Shown one piece after another: positions 44,642-55,267 of a stretch of DNA of 64,000 nucleotides. The DNA lies in NCBI RefSeq assembly GCF_037893015.1, contig NC_133661.1, forward strand, positions 187,258,809 to 187,322,808, written 5' to 3'. This DNA comes from Macrotis lagotis (lineage: Eukaryota). The position numbers and the translations under genes were made by a program. The number at the start of each line of letters is the position of its first letter. Within the stretch, counting starts at the first letter, position 1. The notes beneath the pieces were generated by a model. That model was not told the origin of the DNA and made no database searches. It worked only from the letters and a program-made list of their open reading frames with translations.

Positions 44642-44807
44642 GTAAGCCCTCTGATTTGTCCAGGGACTAATCCAGATTCTAAGTAATATAATCTCCCTTA
44701 CATTTGGTCCTTCTTTAAAGTCTAGGCTAAAGATTGGTAGTGGGAGGTGCCAGGGGTTGGGGGAGAGAAGGAGATTCCCAGGCCTGACTTGAGTTTCTTG
44801 GGCTCAG

Positions 44808-44907
44808 AGTGTTCCAAACCAAAGCCCACCAGCTTCAAATCACTGACTGCTGCCTGAGTCCTGACCACCGGCTACTGGCCACTGTATCCTTGGACAGACA
44901 TCTGAAG
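44808..44907 (+). CDS. TEP1: TEP1 coding exon 35 (WD40)
   Basis: RVFQTKAHQLQITDCCLSPDHRLLATVSLDRHLK ~ human RVLQTKAHQYQITGCCLSPDCRLLATVCLGGCLK. Donor AAG|GTAAAG. Confidence 0.9.
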
Positions 44908-45188
44908 GTAAAGCTGAGAAAATGTGGTTGAAGAGAGAAACTGGGGGATAACTGGGGTAAAAAACTGACTAGGAGATAGTCCTTCAGAGACCTGATCTTT
45001 GTTCAGCTAAAATGCTTCTGGGATAGCCTGGCTGGTTGACATCTGGATGGATTGGGGGAGAGCCAGATTTCAGAGTCAAGGGAGGAGATGGAATGACTTT
45101 AGAGAGATCAAATTAGAAAAGTGTATCTGGATGGTGGGACCTCAGGACCTAGTACTTTGTACCTAATGTGTATTGTTCCTGTCTGCAG

Positions 45189-45344
45189 CTGTGGAACACA
45201 GTTCATGGAAAACTAGCTGCCCAGCACTTGTCCCAGAAGCCTCTGAATTGTGTTGCCTTTCACCCTGAGGGGCAGGTGATCATCACAGGAAACTGGGCAG
45301 GGCATCTAAGTGTTCTTCAAGTGGACAACCTCACAGTTACCATG
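45189..45344 (+). CDS. TEP1: TEP1 coding exon 36 (WD40)
   Basis: LWNTVHGKLAAQHLSQKPLNCVAFHPEGQVIITGNWAGHLSVLQVDNLTVTM ~ human LWDTVRGQLAFQHTYPKSLNCVAFHPEGQVIATGSWAGSISFFQVDGLKVTK. Confidence 0.95.
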
Positions 45345-45420
45345 GTGAGAAAGTATTAGTTATTGTGGACATAGGGAGGCAGAGGAAGGACTGGTATGGG
45401 TGAGGAAGAGTGGATCTGGG

Positions 45421-45575
45421 AGGTGGCTAGGTGGCACAGTGGACAGATCACCAGCCCTGGAGTCAGAAGTACCTGAGTTCAAATCTGGCCTCAGACATTT
45501 AATAATTACCTAGCTGTGTGGCCTTGTGCAAGCCACTTAACCCCATTGCCTTGAAAAAACCTAAAATAAAAAAAA
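45421..45575 (+). mobile_element. Marsupial SINE
   Basis: GGTGGCTAGGTGGCACAGTGGACAGATCACCAGCCCTGGAGTCAGAAGTACCTGAGTTCAAATCTGGCCTCAGACATTTAATAATTACC... Confidence 0.8.
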
Positions 45576-45658
45576 AGAGTGGCTCTGAAGGCTTGGTATA
45601 CTAAAGGGAAAGGGTAGAAAGTGCTCCCGTGATACCCTCTTTCCTCCTTACTTGGCAG

Positions 45659-45871
45659 GAACTGGGGGGCCCAGGATCCTCAGTCCATGATGTGACATTT
45701 GCCCCTTCTGGGTCAGTCTTGGCTGCCAGCCATCTGGATGGGACAGTTGAACTGTGGGCCTGGAAGAAAGGAACTCGAGTGGCTGCCTTCCCAGCCCACC
45801 AAGGATATATTGCTTCTACTCTCTTCCTAAGATCTGGACACCAGCTGCTGACTGCTGGGGAGGATGGCAAG
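45659..45871 (+). CDS. TEP1: TEP1 coding exon 37 (WD40)
   Basis: ELGGPGSSVHDVTFAPSGSVLAASHLDGTVELWAWKKGTRVAAFPAHQGYIASTLFLRSGHQLLTAGEDGK ~ human DLGAPGASIRTLAFNVPGGVVAVGRLDSMVELWAWREGARLAAFPAHHGFVAAALFLHAGCQLLTAGEDGK. Confidence 0.95.
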
Positions 45872-46282
45872 GTCAGTCCAGGGATGGCCCAAATGGAAGG
45901 GCAGGGAGAGGAGAGTCCCTAAGAGGATGGCTGAATTTTCTGTGTGCCTCAGGAAAGTGGAGTGGGATCTTTGTGCCTCATTCTATTGGGAAGAGCCTCT
46001 GCTATTTCAGTAGGAGAATCTCTGTAGAGATGTGCTCCTGAGTGGAGAAAGACCCCTGGGGAGATGGACAGATTTGGGAGAGTGCCTCTGTTGGAGAAAG
46101 TGACTCAGGAGAAATGGAGTCTGTGGTCAAGGTCAGGATTGGCTCTAAGTGGGTGCCCAATGTCTGGGCAGCTTTTGTGTTGAAGCTTCTGATAGAAAGA
46201 ATTTCTGATGGAGAGGTGTAGGGAACAGCTTTCTTGTGTACTGGATAATCTGTTCTTTTCCCTTTTTACATATTGGCTCTAG

Positions 46283-46436
46283 GTCCAGGTGTGGTCAGGG
46301 TTCCTGGGCCAACCCAAGGGGTCTTTGGGCTCCTTATCCCTCTCACCTGCCCTCTCTGTGGCAATCAGTCCAGATAGGGCTTATGTGGCTGTTGGTCACC
46401 ACACAGATGGCATCAATATCTACAGTACCTCTTCAG
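46283..46436 (+). CDS. TEP1: TEP1 coding exon 38 (WD40)
   Basis: VQVWSGFLGQPKGSLGSLSLSPALSVAISPDRAYVAVGHHTDGINIYSTSS ~ human VQVWSGSLGRPRGHLGSLSLSPALSVALSPDGDRVAVGYRADGIRIYKISS. Confidence 0.95.
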
Positions 46437-46521
46437 GTATTGGCATTTGGAGTGGCAAAGATAGAAGATATTTGATGTAGGAACCTTGGGCTCCACTCTG
46501 AGTTGCTCTCTATTTGTCCAG

Positions 46522-46734
46522 GTGCTGTAGAGGATCAATGCCTGGTGTCAGCTGTAGCAGTGTCTGCACTGACCTGGTTGAGCCACAGGATCCTGATGAG
46601 TGGTGGAGAAGATGGGAATCTGCGGTATTGGGTGCTTGAAGATGTAACTCCCCACTGTCTCTGGGTTCTTCCCGCACACCAGAAGGCTGTATTGTCTTTA
46701 GCTACCTCCCAGGAACTCTTTGTATCTACCTCAG
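46522..46734 (+). CDS. TEP1: TEP1 coding exon 39 (WD40)
   Basis: GAVEDQCLVSAVAVSALTWLSHRILMSGGEDGNLRYWVLEDVTPHCLWVLPAHQKAVLSLATSQELFVSTS ~ human ...ALDVAVSALAWLSPKVLVSGAEDGSLQGWALKECSLQSLWLLSRFQKPVLGLATSQELLASAS. Donor CAG|GTAAGC. Confidence 0.9.
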
Positions 46735-47620
46735 GTAAGCCAAAAGAATGAGCAGAGGAAGTGTTCATGAACTGGGCATATGATATCTGGACTAGTCATG
46801 GATATAAGGACCAATTCAATCCTGGAGTCCTCTTCTTTCCATAAATGAGATAAATTTATGCAAATAGAGGAGGTTAGTCAGCTTTGGGAAAGAGAGAGGA
46901 TTCTGTAGTCAGAATGGTGATATAAGGAGGTATTTCATGCCTTATGGTCTCATTCATCTTAATGGAGGAAGAAGCATTGTCATCTGCTAAGAATAGAATG
47001 ATGTTGAATTGGCACTGCAAATCTGAAGATAAACTGAAGAACTGCTAAATTGTGTGGGAGTAGTTGAAGTGGGACAGTATAAATATTGACAAGGCCTAGA
47101 AGGGCATGACTTGCAGTGTGATCTTAGCACTTATTCAGTTATTAAATAACTTATGTAGGCATGAAGCTCACTGTGTCTTATCTCTGAATCTAGAAGCCTA
47201 GCTACAGAGCACAGCTGTGTCTTGAGCACTTGCCTCCATAGAACTACTTCACTCTGTTCTGTCCAATTCAATTCATTTCAATTCCATCCACATTAAGTAC
47301 TTTTTCATAATTTCTGATATGTATATGATATATACCCAATTAACTGTAATGCAGAATAATACCTCATATATTTATATGTAAGAGAGGTATAAAGTATCAT
47401 TGGCCTTATAAAGATAAATGGAATAGAGGAATTCATACCTGATCTTTGCCCCACTTTCTATCCTTGTTCCCTGTGGTTTAAATTTATTCTCAGTCCCTAG
47501 TTATTGGCACATGGTTATTTTTCTCTGTCTTTATCTTAAGGTGTCTTCTGGTATTGTAGGCATCTTTTCCCTCTCTCTTTTTATAAGAGTTTTTAATCCT
47601 CTCCCCATTGCCTGCTGCAG

Positions 47621-47781
47621 CGGACTTTACTATACGGTTGTGGTCATTATCATCCCTGACTCAGCCAAAGATGGCAGAGGAGCTCCATCCTGGTAAACAG
47701 CTCCTTGGACACAAAGGCCCTGTCACCTGTTGCAGCTTCAGTCCTGATGGGGGTATCCTGGCCACTGGCAGCAGGGATCAG
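47621..47781 (+). CDS. TEP1: TEP1 coding exon 40 (WD40)
   Basis: ADFTIRLWSLSSLTQPKMAEELHPGKQLLGHKGPVTCCSFSPDGGILATGSRDQ ~ human EDFTVQLWPRQLLTRPHKAEDFPCGTELRGHEGPVSCCSFSTDGGSLATGGRDR. Donor CAG|GTAAGC. Confidence 0.95.
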
Positions 47782-47904
47782 GTAAGCCTCCAAAGAATCC
47801 CGCATTTTCCTTTCAGTCATTCACTCTTGTTCTGTATACTACTTCTCTCTAGCCAACTGATTTTATTAGATTCCTCAACTCTTTTTTATTGTTGTTGTTG
47901 TTTT

Positions 47905-48057
47905 TTTGTTAGGTTTTTGCAAGGCAAATGGGGTTAAGTGGCTTGCCCAAGGCCACACAGCTAGGTAATTATTAAGTGTCTGAGACTGAATTTGAACCCA
48001 GGTACTCCTGACTCCAGGGCTGGTGCTTTATCCACTATGCCACCTAGGTGCCCCCAA
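47905..48057 (-). mobile_element. Marsupial SINE
   Basis: ...GCAAGGCAAATGGGGTTAAGTGGCTTGCCCAAGGCCACACAGCTAGGTAATTATTAAGTGTCTGAGACTGAATTTGAACCCAGG...CCACCTAGGTGCCCC. Confidence 0.8.
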
Positions 48058-48179
48058 TTCCTCAACTCTTAACCATGAGTTTCTGTAACACTCAACAGTT
48101 TCCACAACACCAAACAAATTGTGAATTTTTCCCAAGATAAACTTTGATAGCTCTGATTTCTTCAGTTTTTATCAGAAAG

Positions 48180-48350
48180 CAGGAGCAGCTAGATGGGTGC
48201 AATGGATAGAGAACCAGCCCTGGAGTCAGGAGAACCTGAATTCAAATCTGGCCTTAAATACTTAATTACCTAGTTGTATGACTTTGGGCAAGTCATTTAA
48301 CTCCATTGCCTTGCAAAAAAGCCAAATTAAAAAAAAAAAAGAAAAATATC
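48180..48350 (+). mobile_element. Marsupial SINE
   Basis: GGAGCAGCTAGATGGGTGCAATGGATAGAGAACCAGCCCTGGAGTCAGGAGAACCTGAATTCAAATCTGGCC...GCAAAAAAGCCAAATTAAAAAAAAAAAAG. Confidence 0.75.
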
Positions 48351-48700
48351 TTTTTCCTGATGGCAAATTTAAGCCTTGGATCATCAGAGGTACTAAAGGA
48401 CATTTTACATTTACAGAAAGATTATTCCAAAATGGAACCAGATACTTTTGGAATAGAATTACTTCCCAGGCTTTCATTCTCAATTTATTTTTTCTCAAAT
48501 CCTAGCTACTACAGATAAGTTCAAGATACCTAGATCTACATCTATACCTATATTTACATCTAAATCTGTGCCTTCATCTATATTTTATCTGCTTCACTCT
48601 TTTACCAATCTCCTTTCCATTCTTTTAACACCCCTGTCCCTTTGTTCTTAGATGGACCTTACTTCTAATCTTATATCTACCTTTCTTACATCTTTCTCAG

Positions 48701-48814
48701 AGTCTTCTGTGTTGGGATGTGAGGATGCCTGAGGCTCCTGTTTTGATGTATTCCCTTCCTGCTTGTCACCGGGACTGGGTCACTGGTTGTGCCTGGACCA
48801 AGAATGCCATGCTG
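48701..48814 (+). CDS. TEP1: TEP1 coding exon 41 (WD40)
   Basis: SLLCWDVRMPEAPVLMYSLPACHRDWVTGCAWTKNAML ~ human SLLCWDVRTPKTPVLIHSFPACHRDWVTGCAWTKDNLL. Donor CTG|GTAAGT. Confidence 0.95.
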
Positions 48815-49194
48815 GTAAGTGAAAAATACTTTCTGTAGGAAGGCATGCTTTAATAGGGAAGATATCAGACTCCCTAACCCCTTCAGTTGCTCCCTTCTCA
48901 ATTTGACCCCCAAGTTCCCACTACTTCCTTGAGGTTTGAAGATGTATTTCTAGCAGTAATGTCTATACTTTTACTTCCCATGGGTTCATGATAGAAAGAT
49001 ATCCATAAATAATAGAGTGACTAACACTATATTATCTATACAGTAAAATCAGTTACTGGACAGGACACGGATGATGATCCAGGGCTGCAGCCCAGAAATC
49101 TGCCTCAACATCTAGCTTCTCCCATGGGGAGGGGGGGGGAGGTTAGAAGGAAATAAGAGTTTCCTTGTGCTAGGTTCCCTGTTAAAAATTTTTT

Positions 49195-49400
49195 ATAAAT
49201 ATTATCTCACTTGAGCCTCACAACAACCCTGGAAGGCAGGTGCCATTCTTAGCTCCATGTTATACTTGGGGAAAATGAGACAAACTGAAGTTAAGTGATT
49301 TGCCCAGACTCATGCAGCTAATATTGTTCTGAGACTAGATTTGAACCCAGGTCTTCTGACTCCAGGCTAGGTGAGATAATCAGAGTTCCCTTTAGGAGTT
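49195..49400 (-). mobile_element. MIR/THER-like SINE
   Basis: ...TTATACTTGGGGAAAATGAGACAAACTGAAGTTAAGTGATTTGCCCAGACTCATGCAGCTAATATTGTTCTGAGACTAGATTTGAACCCAGGTCTTCTGACTCCAGGCTAGG... Confidence 0.55.
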
Positions 49401-50634
49401 CATTGGTTCCTCCTCCTGCCTCTAGGTAACTTTTCTTTTTGATTAATACCTTTTGCTTTTATACTAGTTATTTCCTGATATACTACCTCTAGCCCAGAAA
49501 TTTTTTCTTGACACAAAGAAAGACAGTTAAACAAAAACCAGCTGACCAGGAAACATTTATGAAGCACTTGCTCTGTAACAGACACTATCTAGTAGGTGGC
49601 TAAAACCTATCAAACAAAGTCTAAATCTTCATGGCCCTCAGGGAATTAATATTCTAAAGAGAAGAGACTGGCTAAATATCTGCAGATTTAGACATCACAC
49701 AGAGCAGAAAATTTGTACCCTTGGTGGAGGGGAAGGTGCTGAAATGTGGAATAGGGAGAGGGAAGGGATAGGGAGAACAGGAAAGGCTGCATGCAGATAG
49801 GGGCATGTAAGTGGAGTCCTGAAGGTAGCTAAGAAATTCCAAGAGAGCAGAGGTGATAAGGGAGAATATGCAAGGCATGGGAGCCCTTCAGAATAGAAGG
49901 AAGGAGAATGGAGATGGAATGTGTGTGGAGAACATCAGGCAGATAGCTATGGTTAGACTATCGAGTATGAAGGGGGGTGGTTTAAGAAGACTGGAAAAGT
50001 AGGAGGGGGCAGGTTATGACAAGTGTTAAATGCTGAAACAGAGGAGTTTCTTTGGAATCCTAGAGGCAATCAGAAGCCCCTGGGCTTATTGACAGTCAAT
50101 TCTGTACTTTAGGAAAATCACTTTGGAGGTGGATGTTTGTAGAGGGAGACTTGCGACCAATGTGGACTCTAATGTCAAGGTCCAGAGAGAGATGAACTTG
50201 ACCTTGGGTGATGGCTGTGTGATTGGAGAGGAAGGGATCTAGGTGAGAAATGTGAGGATCAAGGGGACATTTGACATCTGATGAGCTATGTAGGGTTAGC
50301 AAAAGGGAAGAGTCAGGGGGTGAGCCTGAGGTGAAGAACCTGGGAGAATCGAGAGATGAGAGTGCTCTCAATAGTGATAGGGATGTTTGGAAGAGAGATA
50401 GTTTCTGGGGGAAAGATAATGACTTATGTTTGAACATGTTAAGTAGTAGGTGTCTGTAGAACATCCATTTAGAAATGTCCAATAGGTCAATGGTGATGTG
50501 GACCTGAAATTCAGAAGAGGGAGTAGATCTGGAAGTCAGCTGTGTAGAGAAGGATACTGAACCCATGGAAGCTGAAAAGGTTATGAAGTGAGACAACATA
50601 GAACGAGGACAACAGACCACACAGCCGAACCTTC

Positions 50635-50635
<1 letters not shown>

Positions 50636-50666
<31 letters not shown>

Positions 50667-50668
50667 GG
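50636..50668. repeat. (TA)n microsatellite
   Basis: ATATATAAATATATATATATATATATATATGG. Confidence 0.9.
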
Positions 50669-51573
50669 CAGTTAGTAGACATGATAGGGCTCATCTATGA
50701 AGAGACTGAGAAGGAGCAGTCATGCAGGAGGAAGACCAAAAGAGAAGAGTATCATTAAAACCCAGTTGAGAAAGAGAGGGGAAAATATCCAGGAGGAGAA
50801 CACTCAGCAACAGTGCTGAGTTGGACCAACAAACACTTATCAAAGCATCTTCCAGGCGCCAGTCATTGTGCTGAGCTCAAGGGATCCAAAGAAAGGGGAC
50901 AACCCTGACCTTCCAGGAGCTTGTGGTCCAGTGGGGGAGACAACCTACAGACAATTCTGTATAAACAAGATCTAGGCAGAAAACACTTTTTGTAGGAAAT
51001 GAGATTATAGCTAGGACATGAAGGGAGACAGGAAATGAAAATAAAGAGGAAGAGAAATCCAAGCAATGGGTACATCCATTGAAAATGCCTGGACTTGGGA
51101 GATGAATGTCTTGCTTAGGGGCCAAACAATGAGGCAGCCAATGTCACTCAATCAGAGTCCATGGTGTATATAGTGAAGTATAAGAAGCCTTAAAAGACAG
51201 AAGGGGGCCATGTTAAAAGCTGAATAGAGGATTTTACATTTTGTCTTTGAGGTGACAGAAAGCCACTAGAATTCACTGAGCACAACTAGGTGATACAGAT
51301 TTCACCCCTAAAAAGCTTCTGAATTTATTGAATTTCAAGTCCCACATGGTGTTGCTGTGGCAGTGGCACACCAACCTAGCCAGCAGGATGTTCTCTCCCA
51401 TGATCTAGACAGATGGATAGGCAGGTAGGCTTCTCCTAGTGTCTTGTCAAATCAGTATCCAACAGGGTGCTACTTTGAAAAGAGGTGAAGACAGCATATA
51501 TTTCCAGCCCTATGTCTTGTATGTAACCATTGCTAAATAAAGCTAGAAACCCCATTTTGGCCTCTTCATTCAG

Positions 51574-51681
51574 CTCTCCTGCTCCAATGATGGTTCTGTG
51601 AAGCTATGGGACCCAGTGATTGGCCACCAGATTCTCCAATTTCTTGGCCATCAAAGTGCAGTGAGCACAGTAGTTGCTGTG
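51574..51681 (+). CDS. TEP1: TEP1 coding exon 42 (WD40)
   Basis: LSCSNDGSVKLWDPVIGHQILQFLGHQSAVSTVVAV ~ human ISCSSDGSVGLWDPESGQRLGQFLGHQSAVSAVAAV. Donor GTG|GTAAGA. Confidence 0.95.
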
Positions 51682-52276
51682 GTAAGAATGGAATGGAGTG
51701 GTGGGCTTCATGTTGAGAAAACATTCATGGGGGGAAGGGTGGGTGAGCTATACTCTACAGGAGGACTAGATTTGGAGGGTAGCCTTATTATAAAATATAA
51801 TTGGGGTATCAAGTGTCTTGTCTGTACAGATTTTAAAGTATTGATTATTCGGTCATTAAGCATTTACTAAAAACCTATCCTGTACCAGAGACTGAACTAA
51901 AATCTGAAGATACCAAGAGAAACAAAAAACCCTCCCTGCTTTCTAGGAGCTCACAATTCAATGGACAGTGAACTACTTTGAATAGGGTAGGGAAGTGTAG
52001 GGTCCCAATGGACTTCAAAGATGGTGAAAGATATGCTTTCATAGAGAAAGAGTGATACATCAGCATTGAACTTATTAAATTGTTATGGTGAACCCACTTA
52101 GCTCCCTCCCTAGGAACATATTCCAGATCACTTAAGCTTAATATTTAATTCTACCCCTTCTTCTGCAGTGGTGTGTGAGTATGGGAGTGTAGGTATAGGA
52201 GACAAGCTATGACAAAGCCTACACTTCCCTGCCTTCAACTTAAACAAGGTTTTGATGGTGGGGTGGGGTGGAGTAG

Positions 52277-52409
52277 GAGGAGCACGTGGTATCTGTGGAC
52301 AGGGATGGAGTGCTGAAAGTGTGGGACCTTCGAGGTGTGGAGCTGACAAGCATTCCTGCCCACTCTGGACCCATCAGCCACTGTGTGGCTACCTGGGAGC
52401 TTCATACAG
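52277..52409 (+). CDS. TEP1: TEP1 coding exon 43 (WD40)
   Basis: EEHVVSVDRDGVLKVWDLRGVELTSIPAHSGPISHCVATWELHT ~ human EEHVVSVSRDGTLKVWDHQGVELTSIPAHSGPISHCAAAMEPRA. The acceptor AG (GGAGTAG|) is preceded by a G-run rather than a polypyrimidine tract. An in-frame TAG stop immediately upstream fixes the exon start. Confidence 0.8.
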
Positions 52410-52502
52410 GTGACAAAACTCCCTCCTTCCCTCCCTTTTCTTCTTCCTTCTTCTTGGCCCTCTGACTGACCTCCTCCCTCCAACATTTCCATCTCTCATC
52501 AG

Positions 52503-52579
52503 CTGGACAGCATGGGTCAGAGCTCTTGGTAATAACCACTGGACTAGATGGAGCCACACGACTGTGGCATCCACTGCTG
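52503..52579 (+). CDS. TEP1: TEP1 coding exon 44 (WD40)
   Basis: (A)GQHGSELLVITTGLDGATRLWHPLL ~ human GQPGSELLVVTVGLDGATRLWHPLL. Donor CTG|GTGAGT. Confidence 0.9.
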
Positions 52580-52663
52580 GTGAGTCCCTCAATGGGGGTT
52601 GAGGGGGGGAAAAGGGCCATAGTTCTGTGGATTATTGACTTGCCATCTCTGCTACCCCCACAG

Positions 52664-52796
52664 GTGTTTCACACACATTCTCTTCTAGGACATAGTGGTC
52701 CAATCATTTCAGCTGCAGCTTCAGAGACCTTGGGTCTTGTTTTGACAGCCTCCAAAGATGGCACAGTGAGGCTCTGGAATGTTCCCGAGAAAGTGG
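52664..52796 (+). CDS. TEP1: TEP1 coding exon 45 (WD40)
   Basis: VFHTHSLLGHSGPIISAAASETLGLVLTASKDGTVRLWNVPEKV ~ human VCQTHTLLGHSGPVRAAAVSETSGLMLTASEDGSVRLWQVPKEA. Donor GTGG|GTAAGT. Confidence 0.95.
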
Positions 52797-53141
52797 GTAA
52801 GTGGGGGATTGAGAGTGTTAGGTGGAAGCTTGTGACTGGGAGAAAAATTTTCATTACTTCTCATTCCATCTTGAATCCCATTTTGTTAGTGTACACATTT
52901 ATCACTTCCTACTACTGCTTGTTAAATTCTGTTACCTTTTGACCCTACAGATTCTCCTCAACAAATACCAAGCCATTCCCCTGACAATATATTTCCCCAA
53001 AAAAGTAGTTTGTTGTTTTGATTGTTAAAACTATCTTTTCACTGGTACCAACATTGCCTATTGAAAATGAACAAACTTTGGAACATCTGTGCTGACTTTG
53101 TATCTTATTCTTGTTCTGAGGAGGCCTTTCCTCCTCCCCAG

Positions 53142-53278
53142 ATGACACAGGTGCTGTTGAGAAGCCCACAGCCATTACTGCTGTGGCATGGGCTCCAGAT
53201 GGTTCCCTGGCAGTATCTGGCAGCCAGGCTGGGGAACTGATCCTATGGAAGGAAGCCAAAGCTGTAGCCAAAACTCAA
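53142..53278 (+). CDS. TEP1: TEP1 coding exon 46 (WD40)
   Basis: DDTGAVEKPTAITAVAWAPDGSLAVSGSQAGELILWKEAKAVAKTQ ~ human DDTCIPRSSAAVTAVAWAPDGSMAVSGNQAGELILWQEAKAVATAQ. Donor CAA|GTGAGT. Confidence 0.95.
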
Positions 53279-53437
53279 GTGAGTAGGAATGGCTTCAGGT
53301 TTTACAGGGTCTCACCTTGGCTTAGTCTTCAGTAGTGTGCCCTAGAAAATAAACTGTGCCTCTGTTTGGAAGGGAGACAGGGTGGGGAGGCTGGTAGTGG
53401 GGCCAAAACACTGAGCCTTTCTTGTGATCTATCCCAG

Positions 53438-53559
53438 GTCCCCGGCAGAATCAGTGCCCTGTGTTGGTCCTCTCCACAAACCTTCTTTGCCCTGATCAAT
53501 GATAGGAAAGTCAGCAAGTGGGAAGTGGAAAAGAAGGGTCTCATGACCAACATTTGCAG
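53438..53559 (+). CDS. TEP1: TEP1 coding exon 47
   Basis: VPGRISALCWSSPQTFFALINDRKVSKWEVEKKGLMTNIC ~ human APGHIGALIWSSAHTFFVLSADEKISEWQVKLRKGSAPGN. Donor CAG|GTGAAA. Confidence 0.85.
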
Positions 53560-53772
53560 GTGAAATAAAGTAAAGAAAGGTAATAGGGGCTTCAATCACT
53601 GAGCAAAGGGGAACTCCAGTCAGGTCAATATTTGGGTAAACTAGCCCTGGAAGAATTATGATTCTACAAAAAGGCTTTAATCACCTCCATTTCAGTCCTA
53701 ACTAACCCAGGGGTAGCTCTGATGGAATACAACAGGATTTGGACACTTTTCTCCCCACCTCTTATTTCCCAG

Positions 53773-53922
53773 TCTGGACTTTAACCTTCACCTGAATCAG
53801 CATGGTAGGGACAGTCTGATATCTGCTATGGACTTGGCCCCAGATAGCCGCTATCTCCTCTTAGCACAGCCACTTTTGGGAATGCTGCTACTGGATCTCG
53901 ATTCTCCTGTCCCTGAATCCTG
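53773..53922 (+). CDS. TEP1: TEP1 coding exon 48
   Basis: SLDFNLHLNQHGRDSLISAMDLAPDSRYLLLAQPLLGMLLLDLDSPVPES ~ human LSLHLNRILQEDLGVLTSLDWAPDGHFLILAKADLKLLCMKPGDAPSEI. Donor CTG|GTAAGA. Confidence 0.8.
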
Positions 53923-54091
53923 GTAAGATCTTAGGTATTTCTAAATTGAGACATGAATAGGAAGAACTTTTCAGGAGGGGAAGATTTTATCTAATTTAGA
54001 ATGTCCTCTCTCTTAAGTTGATTATGAGTACAGATCCTTTGAGGCATGAGAAAAGGTTCCAAATTCAATCTTTGTTTTTTTTTAACTCTAG

Positions 54092-54191
54092 GAATGAGTT
54101 CCCTTTCAATACCCACACTCTGATTTCTACCCACAAGGACTATGGAGTGTTTGCCTTGAACATTCAGGATGATGTTTCCGTCTCTGTCTTT
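54092..54191 (+). CDS. TEP1: TEP1 coding exon 49
   Basis: (W)NEFPFNTHTLISTHKDYGVFALNIQDDVSVSVF ~ human WSSYTENPMILSTHKEYGIFVLQPKDPGVLSF. Perfect donor TTT|GTAAGT. Confidence 0.85.
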
Positions 54192-54591
54192 GTAAGTCTT
54201 GCATGTTTGGCTGAATACTTCTGTAAGTGGAATCTCCCTGAAAATGTGGAAAGTTTCATTATCTCTGTCTGTATCCCTAGTACCTAACATGGTGTCTGGC
54301 TTATGGATTAATATTTATACATAATTCATTTATCATTTTACATTCATCTTAATTGGCTATTTATATAGAATTTCTTGAGGACAGATATGTCCTTATGCTT
54401 TGTATTTCTAATAGGGTCTAATATGGGCATTCACTGTTACTTTCTTTGATGTGGCTAAGATTAACAGATGGTTATAGTTTAGGGAATCCTTCATATAAAC
54501 TCTTACTGAATCTGAACTGAAATTGACTGCTTAAGAAAATAATACACACATATATACAAACACACCTCTTCTCATCTTTTTTGTCCCTCAG

Positions 54592-54700
54592 CAGCAGCAG
54601 AATGAGACAAATATGCTGGAGGACATAGGGACTTTTACTCTACAACTGGAAAATCCCCAAGGAATCCCATTGTGCATCACCCAAGCTAAGGCTGAGTCTG
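54592..54700 (+). CDS. TEP1: TEP1 coding exon 50
   Basis: QQQNETNMLEDIGTFTLQLENPQGIPLCITQAKAES ~ human LRQKESGEFEERLNFDINLENPSRTLISITQAKPES. Donor TCTG|GTAAGC. Confidence 0.85.
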
Positions 54701-54800
54701 GTAAGCTGAGAAAGGATCCAAGAGAATAGAGGCCTAAAGGGGGAAAGCTCAAATTGAGGGCCTGGTGACTTAGATTCTAACTCTGCCCTGGGAATGGCAG

Positions 54801-54946
54801 ACTCTGCTTTCCTGTGTGCCAGCTCAGAAGGGGTCCTTTGGAAGATGGCAGAACGTACCCCCAATGGAGAGTGGGACACCAGCAACATATGGCAGTCCAT
54901 AGATGAATTCAGGTTTCGAGAACTGGAGACATGTTACTCCAAGAAG
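54801..54946 (+). CDS. TEP1: TEP1 coding exon 51
   Basis: (D)SAFLCASSEGVLWKMAERTPNGEWDTSNIWQSIDEFRFRELETCYSKK ~ human ESSFLCASSDGILWNLAKCSPEGEWTTGNMWQKK.... Donor AAG|GTAAGA. Confidence 0.85.
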
Positions 54947-55041
54947 GTAAGATTAGACAGAAAGCAAGAGAGTTTGGTGGTAGTAAGTAGGACTCAGGGA
55001 AGCTTAACATGTCTGTCTCTCCCTGCGCTGTCTCTCTTTAG

Positions 55042-55146
55042 ATCCATTCTGGTGCAGTCACAGCCCTCCATGTGCTCCCTGACCTGCTGGTGACAGCCTC
55101 TGAGGACCGAGATGTGAAGCTTTGGGAGAGATCCAGCCTACAGCTG
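55042..55146 (+). CDS. TEP1: TEP1 coding exon 52 (WD40)
   Basis: IHSGAVTALHVLPDLLVTASEDRDVKLWERSSLQL ~ human IHSGSVTALHVLPELLVTASKDRDVKLWERPSMQL. Donor CTG|GTGAGC. Confidence 0.95.
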
Positions 55147-55267
55147 GTGAGCATGGCATTAGATATGGGAACACCAAGGGAAGAACATAGTATTTTGTTC
55201 TCCAGATTTAATAGTGAAAGCTTTAAAAGTGAGACTGTGTCCTTGTTGTGTCCTTGTGTCTTTACAG

